This document shows, in pieces, positions 28,324 to 36,054 of a stretch of DNA of 46,503 nucleotides. Under the pieces are notes generated by a model. That model was not told where the DNA came from and did no database searches. It was given only the letters and a program-made list of their open reading frames with translations. The stretch lies in assembly GCA_013151795.1 (NCBI GenBank), contig JAADHQ010000040.1, forward strand, positions 1-46,503. Reading direction: 5' to 3'. The DNA comes from Gammaproteobacteria bacterium. GTDB taxonomy: Bacteria > Pseudomonadota > Gammaproteobacteria > JAADHQ01. How positions within the stretch are numbered: the first letter of the stretch is position 1; each line of letters begins with the position of its first letter. The translations under genes were made by a program, and so were the position numbers.

Positions 28324-29433
28324 TCAGGATTGGGCTTCTTTTTTGATATTTGCATTATTCTGGCAAGGCGTGTTGCCTGAAGTCTGATTCATGCGATTCA
28401 TGCGATTCATGCGATTCATCATGGCAGCATGCTGATTGGGGCCTTGTTTGAATGCTTGACCCATCATGCCAGCTCGTGGGTTGTTGGTTTGTCCCATCAT
28501 AGCAGCGTGCTGATTGGGGCCTTGTTTGAAGGCTTGACCCATCATGCCAGCTCGTGGGTTGTTGGTTTGTCCCATCATAGCAGCATGCTGGCTGGGGCCT
28601 TGTTTGAAGGCTTGTCCCATCATGCCAGCTCGTGGGGTATTGGTTTGTCCCATCATAGCAGCGTGCTGATCAGGGCCTTGTTTGAAGGTTTGACCCATCA
28701 TTCCGGTTCGTGGGTTGTTGGTTTGTCCCATCATAGCAGCGTGCTGATTAGGGCCCTGTTTGAAGGCTTGACCCATCATGCCAGCTCGTGGGTTGTTGGT
28801 TTGTCCCATCATAGCAGCGTGCTGATTGGGGCCTTGTTTGAAGGCTTGTCCCATCATGCCGGTTCGTGGGGTATTGGTTTGTCCCATCATAGCAGCGTGC
28901 TGATCAGGGTCCTGTTTGAAGGCTTGACCCATCATGCCGGTTCGTGGGTTGTTGGTTTGTCCCATCATAGCAGCGTGCTGATCAGGGCCTTGTTTGAAGG
29001 TTTGACCCATCATTCCGGTTCGTGGGGTGTTGGTTTGTCCCATCATAGCAGCGTGCTGATTGGGGCCTTGTTTGAAGGCTTGTCCCATCATGCCGGTTCG
29101 TGGGTTGTTGGTTTGTCCCATCATAGCAGCGTGCTGATCAGGGCCCTGTTTGAAGGCTTGTCCCATCATGCCGGTTCGTGGGGTGTTGGTTTGTCCCATC
29201 ATGGCTGCATGTTGATCGGGAGCTTGCTTTAAGGCGCCAGCTTGTGGGATGTTAGTTTGCCCCATCATGGCAGTTTGCGAGGTACTGGTTTGTGGCGCAG
29301 TTTTGCCCATCATACCTGCCCCCTGAGTGTTACCCATATGCTCATTATTTTGTGCAAAAGCCATGCTTCCTACTGCCAAACTTAAGCCTGCAAGTGCGCT
29401 AACGGTTACTGTTAATACTGTTTTGCTTTTCAT
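28324..29433 (-). CDS. Secreted Met/His-rich tandem-repeat protein (putative periplasmic Cu(I)/Ag(I)-binding sponge)
   Basis: The start was moved to ATG 29433, which has AAGGAG 7 nt upstream. The signal peptide is MKSKTVLTVTVSALAGLSLAVGSMAFAQ. About ten units of MMGQTN(N/T)PR(T/A)GMMGQ(A/T)FKQGP(D/N/S)QHAA follow. The C-terminal tail is MMNRMNRMNRMNQ. Confidence 0.7.
   Translation of the reverse strand: MKSKTVLTVTVSALAGLSLAVGSMAFAQNNEHMGNTQGAGMMGKTAPQTSTSQTAMMGQTNIPQAGALKQAPDQHAAMMGQTNTPRTGMMGQAFKQGPDQHAAMMGQTNNPRTGMMGQAFKQGPNQHAAMMGQTNTPRTGMMGQTFKQGPDQHAAMMGQTNNPRTGMMGQAFKQDPDQHAAMMGQTNTPRTGMMGQAFKQGPNQHAAMMGQTNNPRAGMMGQAFKQGPNQHAAMMGQTNNPRTGMMGQTFKQGPDQHAAMMGQTNTPRAGMMGQAFKQGPSQHAAMMGQTNNPRAGMMGQAFKQGPNQHAAMMGQTNNPRAGMMGQAFKQGPNQHAAMMNRMNRMNRMNQTSGNTPCQNNANIKKEAQS
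28417..29275 (-). repeat. In-frame tandem array with a 78-bp period: about ten full copies plus one degenerate copy
   Basis: GTCCCATCAT recurs at 28491, 28569 and then every 78 bp up to 29193. Variation is confined to a few positions. A separate 9-bp repeat, GATTCATGC (three full copies plus a degenerate fourth), lies at 28386-28421. Confidence 0.9.
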
Positions 29434-29493
29434 GGTAAATCTCCTTTCATTTGGATAAAATTTCATTTCACAGTTATTATTAAAGCAGTCGTA

Positions 29494-29570
29494 TGTAACT
29501 CGCTTATGACGATAACGGGCATTTTTGTAACAAAACCTGACCATGCGTAAACTTGTTACAATATGTTACA
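29494..29570. promoter_or_regulatory. Candidate response-regulator boxes in the divergent promoter between the Met-repeat gene and the two-component system
   Basis: TGTAAC occurs at 29494-29499 and 29526-29531. GTTACA occurs at 29555-29560 and 29565-29570, and this pair is spaced exactly 10 bp apart (TTGTTACAATATGTTACAAAT). Confidence 0.35.
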
Positions 29571-29613
29571 AATTAAATAACGAAGCACATCAGGGTCTTG
29601 TATAAATAATAGT

Positions 29614-30348
29614 ATGAACAACGAAACACACAAAGATCATATTCTTGTAGTCGATGATGATTCAGAGATTCGTCATTTACTAAAAGAATATCTGGAAAAA
29701 CACGGTATGCAGGCCAGTACAGCCATTGATGGTAAAACAATGTGGCGTGCACTGGATAAATCAAGAATTGACCTGATCGTACTGGATCTGATGTTGCCAG
29801 GCGAGAGCGGCTTGAGCTTGTGCCGTAAGTTATGCGCAGATAAAAAGGTTCCTGTCATCATGTTAACCGCGCTTGGTGAAGAAACAGACAGGATCGTTGG
29901 CCTTGAAATGGGTGCAGATGACTATCTGGTCAAACCCTTTAATCCGCGTGAGTTGCTGGCGCGAATTAATAGCGTCATACGACGTACGCGTGCTTATCCG
30001 GATAGCGTCGATCAGGTAACGACCAATGAACGATTATATTTTGCAAACTGGACGCTTGATACCGTTGCACGCCACCTGATAACGGATGATGAGGTGGTTG
30101 TTCCTTTGAGTGGAGGAGAATACCGCTTATTGCGGATATTTCTTGACCGCCCAAACAGGGTGTTAAGTCGTGATCAATTACTGGAACTGGTTAGCGGTAA
30201 GCAGGCTTTGCCGTTTGATCGCAGTATAGACGTTCAGGTCGGGCGCCTACGTAAGCGTCTGGGAGATGACAGTCGCGAACCCCGGTTGATAAAAACGGTA
30301 CGCAGTGCCGGTTATGTCTTTACTGAAACGGTAAGAGAAAAAGCATGA
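29614..30348 (+). CDS. OmpR-family winged-helix response regulator
   Basis: Receiver motifs VVDDD, DLMLPG and VKPF are present. The C-terminus FDRSIDVQVGRLRKRL...TVRSAGYVF is OmpR-like. Confidence 0.85.
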   Translation: MNNETHKDHILVVDDDSEIRHLLKEYLEKHGMQASTAIDGKTMWRALDKSRIDLIVLDLMLPGESGLSLCRKLCADKKVPVIMLTALGEETDRIVGLEMGADDYLVKPFNPRELLARINSVIRRTRAYPDSVDQVTTNERLYFANWTLDTVARHLITDDEVVVPLSGGEYRLLRIFLDRPNRVLSRDQLLELVSGKQALPFDRSIDVQVGRLRKRLGDDSREPRLIKTVRSAGYVFTETVREKA

Positions 30349-31745
30349 TTCGTTTTTTACCACAATCGCTCTTTGGTCGCTTGGCACTCATCCTGTTTTC
30401 CGGGTTGTTGCTGGGGCAGCTGGCCAGTACTGCAATACAGTTTCATGATCGTGGCCAGCGTTTGTTTCAGGCCAGTGGCTTGTCCAGCTCGGAGCGTATT
30501 GCCGAAATTGTACGTTTGCTGAATGGTGCTAACAGCACCGAACGAAAGCGCCTGGTATCTATTTTAAATACACCGCCGTTACGTGTTTCACTGGCAACAG
30601 CTACATGGACAGAACCTGATAATATTGCTCAAAGTTGGCCGGCTGTTGAGTTTCGGAAGCGTTTACAGCGACAGTTAGGTGATAATTATCCTTTACGTGT
30701 TGCTATAAGTGATCAACCTACATCGGGCAATATGCAAAAAATGCATGATGCGGGCGAACATGATATGCGGCATATGCAAGGCATGGGTATGGCGCTTCCT
30801 GATGCTTTGGTGTTTTTTGCACAAGTAAGATTGAGTGATGGCACCTGGGTTTCTTTTGAAAACAGTATCGCACCAGAAGTGCTTGAGGGTTCATCTGCAT
30901 TATTATTGATACTGGCTGTTCTGGTTGCGATTGTTTTATTTATATCATTGCTGGCAGTGCGTTGGGTGACCAGACCGCTGACAATGTTAACCGAGGCGGC
31001 GGACAAGCTGGGTGGTAACATTAATCAGCCACCATTGGTAGAAACCGGCCCGACGGAGTTTCGTCATGCTGCTAAAGCATTTAATTCAATGCAGGTTCGG
31101 CTACAACGGTTTATTGAAGATCGTACAAGATTATTAACCGCTATCTCACATGATTTAAAAACGCCCATAACGCGTATGCGATTACGCGCCGAGATGCTGG
31201 ATGACTCGGAGCAACGTGATAGTTTTGTAAAAAATCTGGATGAAATGCAGCTTATCGCGACCGAGACACTGGATTTTTTACGCGCAGATGATGCTCGTGA
31301 GCCATTACAAACCGTTGATATTTGCGCGTTACTTGAAGCAATAAAAGATGATGTTGCAGAGTTAGGTCATAACATTGAGATAGAACCGTGTATATTGAAA
31401 CCTTGTTTTTCGCGCCCACTTGCTTTAAAACGTTGTATTGGTAATCTGGTTGAGAATGCTATTAAATATGCAGACAACGTCCGTATCTCGACCCGGCAAA
31501 CTGAAGCAACACTGGTTATTACTGTAAGTGATTCGGGGCCCGGAATACCGGAAGAAAAACTGGAAACTGTATTTGACCCGTTTTACAGGTTAGAAACATC
31601 ACGTAACAGAGAGACAGGCGGCAGTGGCCTGGGTTTAAGTATCGCACGCAATATTGCCTTGTCTCATGGCGGTGATCTAAAGCTCAAGAATAATCCGGAT
31701 GGCGGGTTATATGCAATCCTGACGTTATTACGTAATATTGAATAA
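30345..31745 (+). CDS. EnvZ-type sensor histidine kinase with a Met/His-rich periplasmic patch
   Basis: Two TM segments flank a periplasmic domain of about 150 aa. A HAMP domain, the H-box ISHDLKTPIT, and N/G boxes (NLVENAIKY, DSGPGI, GGSGLGLSI) are present. The gene overlaps the response regulator gene by 4 nt. Confidence 0.85.
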   Translation: MIRFLPQSLFGRLALILFSGLLLGQLASTAIQFHDRGQRLFQASGLSSSERIAEIVRLLNGANSTERKRLVSILNTPPLRVSLATATWTEPDNIAQSWPAVEFRKRLQRQLGDNYPLRVAISDQPTSGNMQKMHDAGEHDMRHMQGMGMALPDALVFFAQVRLSDGTWVSFENSIAPEVLEGSSALLLILAVLVAIVLFISLLAVRWVTRPLTMLTEAADKLGGNINQPPLVETGPTEFRHAAKAFNSMQVRLQRFIEDRTRLLTAISHDLKTPITRMRLRAEMLDDSEQRDSFVKNLDEMQLIATETLDFLRADDAREPLQTVDICALLEAIKDDVAELGHNIEIEPCILKPCFSRPLALKRCIGNLVENAIKYADNVRISTRQTEATLVITVSDSGPGIPEEKLETVFDPFYRLETSRNRETGGSGLGLSIARNIALSHGGDLKLKNNPDGGLYAILTLLRNIE

Positions 31746-31770
31746 TAAATGCATCGGAAATAAATATAAA

Positions 31771-32514
31771 ATGGCAACATGGTTACAAGGAAGCGTAGTA
31801 GAAAACAATCAATGGTGTACTGATCTGTACTCCCTTAAAATCAGTGTCGATCCAATAAAATTTAAAGCAGGGCAATTTGCCAGTATAGGCATGGAAGAGA
31901 ATAACGAAATACTGGCTCGTCCATACTCGCTTGTTAATACACCGCATGATCCAATACTTGAAATTCATTTTAATACGGTAATAGAAGGTCACTTAAGCCC
32001 ACGACTGGCACGTCTGGGAAAAGGTGATGTCGTTCATGTATCTGATCGTACAGGCGGATTACTGACGATAGATGAAGTCCCTGATGTGCCCAATTTATGG
32101 CTACTGGCTACCGGCACAGGCATTGGGCCTTTTTTATCTATACTGAAAACAGATGAGCCCTGGAAGCGATTTAAAAATATTGTTTTATGTTATTCAGTTA
32201 TGACGCATGAAAAACTGGCGTACCAAACGGACATTGAAAAGTTTCAATCAGATTACCCGGAGCAATTCAGATTTATACCTTTTATTACTCGCGAGAAAGT
32301 TGCGGGTACTATTTCCTCGCGTATTACAACCAGTATAGAAAATGGCGAACTTGAAAAACAGGCTGCATTACAATTATCATCGGATTCAAATCACTTTATG
32401 TTATGTGGAAACTCAACGATGATTAGTGAAGTCACTACCTTGTTAGAAAGCAGAGGGTTGCGACGCCATAAACGCAGGGAACCGGGCCATATCGCGATAG
32501 AGAAATATTATTAA
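31771..32514 (+). CDS. fpr: Ferredoxin/flavodoxin-NADP+ reductase
   Basis: The start was moved to MATWLQGSVVENNQW, which is colinear with my recollection of the E. coli Fpr N-terminus. The sequences RPYSLVN, LLATGTGIGPF and MLCGN and the C-terminal EKYY are present. Confidence 0.85.
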   Translation: MATWLQGSVVENNQWCTDLYSLKISVDPIKFKAGQFASIGMEENNEILARPYSLVNTPHDPILEIHFNTVIEGHLSPRLARLGKGDVVHVSDRTGGLLTIDEVPDVPNLWLLATGTGIGPFLSILKTDEPWKRFKNIVLCYSVMTHEKLAYQTDIEKFQSDYPEQFRFIPFITREKVAGTISSRITTSIENGELEKQAALQLSSDSNHFMLCGNSTMISEVTTLLESRGLRRHKRREPGHIAIEKYY

Positions 32515-32614
32515 TACTCAAAAGGGTGATTGATAAATAGAAAACTTTGCGTTGAATCTTTAATCCATATTTATCATTAAACCATCGAATCCTGTTTTAA
32601 TTATCAGTCGGCAT

Positions 32615-32827
32615 TTAACGATTTTCGTAACGGTTCAGATCAAGCAGTCCTGATAAAATCGGTTTGTTTGATTGGTATATATCCTGAAACCAGTCTGCCA
32701 TTTTCCAGAATAACGGGTCGGTTCGTCTGACTCCGTAGCGGTTAACAAAATTATCATAATCCTGGTTAGACCGTATTGTCGTACACAGGGTTATGAATTC
32801 TTCAATATCTGACAGGGCGACGGAGAA
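32615..32827 (-). pseudogene. Orphan 3-prime fragment (last 70 codons plus stop) of a second, diverged cti gene
   Basis: The fragment encodes FSVALSDIEEFITLCTTIRSNQDYDNFVNRYGVRRTDPLFWKMADWFQDIYQSNKPILSGLLDLNRYENR(stop). It aligns without gaps to the C-terminus of the full cti (39550-39762). By hand count the identity is about 80 percent at both nucleotide and amino-acid level. An in-frame TAG lies immediately upstream. Confidence 0.8.
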
Positions 32828-32889
32828 CTAGCCTGGGGTATGCAACTGATCGGTTAGATCCTGCCGGGCATGGGTGTAAATAATAAGTG

Positions 32890-35800
32890 TTAGCTGCTCC
32901 ATGTTTTTTCCTCACGCGCATGCACTAATTGGTACAGTGCAGGTAACACCACCAGAGTTAACAAAGTTGATGAAATAATGCCGCCAATAACAACGGTAGC
33001 AAGGGGCCGTTGAACTTCGGAACCAATCCCCGTATTTAACGCCATGGGAATAAAGCCAAGTGCCGCTACCAGCGCTGTCATTAGAACGGGACGTAGTCGT
33101 GTCAGTGCGCCGTCAACAATCGCCTCATTTAAATGTTGGCCATGCGCACGTAAATCACGGATAAAGGAGACCATCACCAGGCCATTTAGAACGGCGATTC
33201 CTGACAGGGCGATAAAACCCACAGCTGCGGATATTGAAAATGGAATATCGCGCAGTAGTAATGCAAAGATGCCGCCCGTGAGTGCTAATGGCACGCCGGA
33301 GAAGATAATCGTTGCATCTTTAACTGAGCCTAATGCCATAATCAGCAAACCAATCACCAGTGTTAATGTTAATGGCACTACAATCGATAGACGCTGTGTG
33401 GCGGATTGTAATTTTTCATATGTCCCGCCGTATTCAACCCAGTATCCTGCAGGTATCTCAACACGTTCTTCAACCGTTTTTTGTACATCCTGCACAAATG
33501 AGCCCAGATCACGGCCACGAACATTGGCGGTTACTACAATGCGCCGCTTGCTATTTTCTCGATAAATCTGGTTATAACCCGTAAGTAAATTAAGCTCAGC
33601 AACTTCACCTAAGGGTACATAGTGTCCATTGCCAAGCATTACCGGCATACTGGATAGTGCATCCGTATCGGTACGTAAATCTTCAGCTAGACGCACAACA
33701 ATTTCAGATCGGCGATCACCTTCATAGAATTGACTTGCTACGCTGCCACCTAAGGCGGTTGATAGTAAATCCTGTAGCTCAGCAATACTCAAAGCATATC
33801 GAGCCATGGCATCACGTTTAGGTTGTATGGTCATTACCGGTAAACCGCTGGCTTGTTCAATTGCCACATCAGACGCACCGGGCACTTTTTTAAGGGCCTT
33901 TTCAATTTCTGAACCCAAGGCAATCAGTTGATCAAAATCATCACCAAACACTTTGATGGCCAATTCTGCACGAACACCAGAAATTAATTCATTAAAGCGC
34001 ATTTGAATCGGTTGTAAAAACTCATAACGATTGCCGGGAATAGGTGTAACCAGAGCTTCGAGATCGGCTACCACTTGCAATTTTGACTTATTCGGATCGG
34101 GCCATTGATCACGGGGTTTAAGAATAATAAAATTATCCGCAACACTGGGCGGCACCGCATCGGTGGCCACTTCAGCGGTACCGATTTTTGCAAAGACCAG
34201 CTCCACTTCCGGTAATTTCTTTATTTCTTTTTCCAGACCCTGCTGTAAACGTATCGATTGCTTCAGTGAGGTACCCGGTATACGCAGTGCGTGCATGGCA
34301 ATATCACCTTCATCCAGATTGGGCATAAATTCTGAACCCAGTTTTGGAATTAAAGCAGCAGAAACCAGAATTAGCAGCATCGCCATAGACACCACAGCCC
34401 AGCGAAATTTCAGTGATAACATTAAGACGGGTTGATAGGCAGAGCGTGCAGTTGTAATTATCTTGCTTTCTTTTTCCTGTATTGGTTTTTTAAATAAAAG
34501 TGCAATGGCAGCGGGTACAAAAGTAATTGATAAAATCATTGCACTTACTAATGCAATAATCACGGTTAATGCCATGGGGTGAAACATTTTACCTTCCACA
34601 CCATCCAGTGCAAAAATCGGAATGTAGACAGCAGTAATAATAAATACACCAAATAAGGCCGGGCGTATGACTTCGCGCGTGGCGTCAAATACCAGGGCTA
34701 AGCGCTCTTTAAGCGGCAGGGTTTGCGTGCCAGCCTGACTCAACCGGCGCAAACAGTTTTCAACAATAATCACCGCGCCATCAATGATCAAACCAAAATC
34801 CAGGGCGCCGAGACTCATTAGATTGGCACTGACTTTACTCTGTACCATGCCGGTAATGGTCATCAACATGGCAATAGGAATAACGGCAGCGGTTAACAAC
34901 GCGGCGCGAATATTTCCCAGTAATAAAAATAAAATTACAATAACCAGCAAGGCTCCTTCAAGTAGATTCTTTTGTACTGTAACTAAAGTTTTATCTACTA
35001 GCGTAGTACGGTTATAAACTGCGTTTACGCTAATGCCCACCGGTAAACTGGTTTTAATTTCTTCAAGTTTTACCGCAACATTATTCGCTACCGTGCGACT
35101 GTTTTCACCAGTCAACATAAATACGGTGCTCATGACTACTTCACGACCATTTTGAGTTGCCGCACCGGTTCTCAACTCTTTTCCCAGGCTCACGGTTGCC
35201 ACATCTTTTATACGAATGGGCAAGCCTTGTTGTTGCTGAATAATAATATTTTCAAGGTCGGTTAAATTGCGGGCCTGGCCGGGTACGCGCATCAACCACT
35301 GTGCACCATTATGCTCGATAAAACCGACACCGCGATTACCATTATTTTGCTCCACAGCATTAACTACATCTTGATAGTTAATGCCGTGAGCCAGAAGTTT
35401 GGCAGGCTCGGGTGCAATCAGTATCTGTTTTTTATAACCGCCAATCGGGTTCACTTCGACCACACCTGGCACGCGCATTAACTGTGGGCGAATAGTCCAG
35501 TCATGTACCGAGCGTAAATCGGTGGGCGTGACTAAACTACCATTGGCATTTTTAGCGCCTGGTTCTGCATCCACAGTGAACATAAATATTTCACCTAAAC
35601 CGGTTGCAATGGGCCCCAGGGTTGGCTCCAGGCCTTTGGGCATATTCCCTTTTGCAGTACTTAATCGTTCACCGACTAACTGGCGCGCAAAATAAATATC
35701 GGTGCCTTCGGTAAACACTATGGTGACCTGTGACAGCCCATAACGTGAAACCGAACGGGTATAGCTTAATTTTGGCAACCCTGCCATGGCGGTTTCTATC

Positions 35801-36003
35801 GGAAAGCTGACACGCAGCTCTGTTTCAAGTGGTGTGTAACCCGGTGCTTCGGTATTAATCACCACCTGTATATTGGTAATATCCGGTACCGCGTCAATTG
35901 GTAACTGAGTGAATTTCCATGCCCCCAGTCCCATAATCATCAGTACCAGCGCAATCACAAGTCCTCGTCGTTCGAGAGACAGTTGTATAATTTTTTCAAG
36001 CAT
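32890..36003 (-). CDS. czcA: Heavy-metal efflux RND pump, CzcA family (divalent-cation type)
   Basis: The protein is 1037 aa with 12-TM RND architecture. The TM4 motif ALDFGLIIDGAVIIVEN is of the DFG-DGA-VEN type found in Co/Zn/Cd/Ni HME pumps, not the CusA-type AIG..VDAAIV..EN. Confidence 0.85.
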   Translation of the reverse strand: MLEKIIQLSLERRGLVIALVLMIMGLGAWKFTQLPIDAVPDITNIQVVINTEAPGYTPLETELRVSFPIETAMAGLPKLSYTRSVSRYGLSQVTIVFTEGTDIYFARQLVGERLSTAKGNMPKGLEPTLGPIATGLGEIFMFTVDAEPGAKNANGSLVTPTDLRSVHDWTIRPQLMRVPGVVEVNPIGGYKKQILIAPEPAKLLAHGINYQDVVNAVEQNNGNRGVGFIEHNGAQWLMRVPGQARNLTDLENIIIQQQQGLPIRIKDVATVSLGKELRTGAATQNGREVVMSTVFMLTGENSRTVANNVAVKLEEIKTSLPVGISVNAVYNRTTLVDKTLVTVQKNLLEGALLVIVILFLLLGNIRAALLTAAVIPIAMLMTITGMVQSKVSANLMSLGALDFGLIIDGAVIIVENCLRRLSQAGTQTLPLKERLALVFDATREVIRPALFGVFIITAVYIPIFALDGVEGKMFHPMALTVIIALVSAMILSITFVPAAIALLFKKPIQEKESKIITTARSAYQPVLMLSLKFRWAVVSMAMLLILVSAALIPKLGSEFMPNLDEGDIAMHALRIPGTSLKQSIRLQQGLEKEIKKLPEVELVFAKIGTAEVATDAVPPSVADNFIILKPRDQWPDPNKSKLQVVADLEALVTPIPGNRYEFLQPIQMRFNELISGVRAELAIKVFGDDFDQLIALGSEIEKALKKVPGASDVAIEQASGLPVMTIQPKRDAMARYALSIAELQDLLSTALGGSVASQFYEGDRRSEIVVRLAEDLRTDTDALSSMPVMLGNGHYVPLGEVAELNLLTGYNQIYRENSKRRIVVTANVRGRDLGSFVQDVQKTVEERVEIPAGYWVEYGGTYEKLQSATQRLSIVVPLTLTLVIGLLIMALGSVKDATIIFSGVPLALTGGIFALLLRDIPFSISAAVGFIALSGIAVLNGLVMVSFIRDLRAHGQHLNEAIVDGALTRLRPVLMTALVAALGFIPMALNTGIGSEVQRPLATVVIGGIISSTLLTLVVLPALYQLVHAREEKTWSS

Positions 36004-36054
36004 AATAAATTTCCATAGCGGGATTATTGGCCATTGAATAAGCAGGCATATGCA

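Noticed and set aside
28429-29232. A 267-aa plus-strand ORF with striking SHH/THH His-rich repeats (…HHSSVLIGALFEGLTHHASSWVVGLS…), antisense to the Met-repeat gene
   Set aside because: It is the mirror image of the 78-bp in-frame repeat, so it stays open only because the repeat lacks stops in that frame. It has no signal peptide or ribosome-binding site. The minus-strand frame has a strong ribosome-binding site, a Sec signal and a clean stop, and is therefore the real gene.
28417-29275. Regular 78-bp repeats, which might be mistaken for a CRISPR array
   Set aside because: The units are contiguous with no unique spacers. The period is a multiple of 3, and the array lies inside a single ORF that has a signal peptide. 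It is a coding tandem repeat, not a CRISPR.
33044-33565. Long antisense or nested ORFs inside real genes: 33044-33565, 33360-33584, 34163-34435 and 34784-35017 in czcA; 11110-11580 and 11516-11845 in the yeiH-like gene; 19525-19899 in fabD; 21897-22295 in fabF; 12941-13417 and 13448-13798 in maf/pycB; 3155-3859 in regB; 40327-40903 in cti; 45833-46219 in the fadB-like gene
   Set aside because: All of them overlap strongly supported genes on the opposite strand or in another frame. They lack ribosome-binding sites and recognisable motifs, and their composition is low-complexity and Ser/Arg/Cys-rich, as is typical of spurious frames.
32890-36003. Annotating the RND pump as CusA (Cu/Ag), given the Met-rich neighbours
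   Set aside because: The TM4 signature DFG-DGA-VEN points to the divalent-cation CzcA/CnrA group, not to the CusA-type motif.
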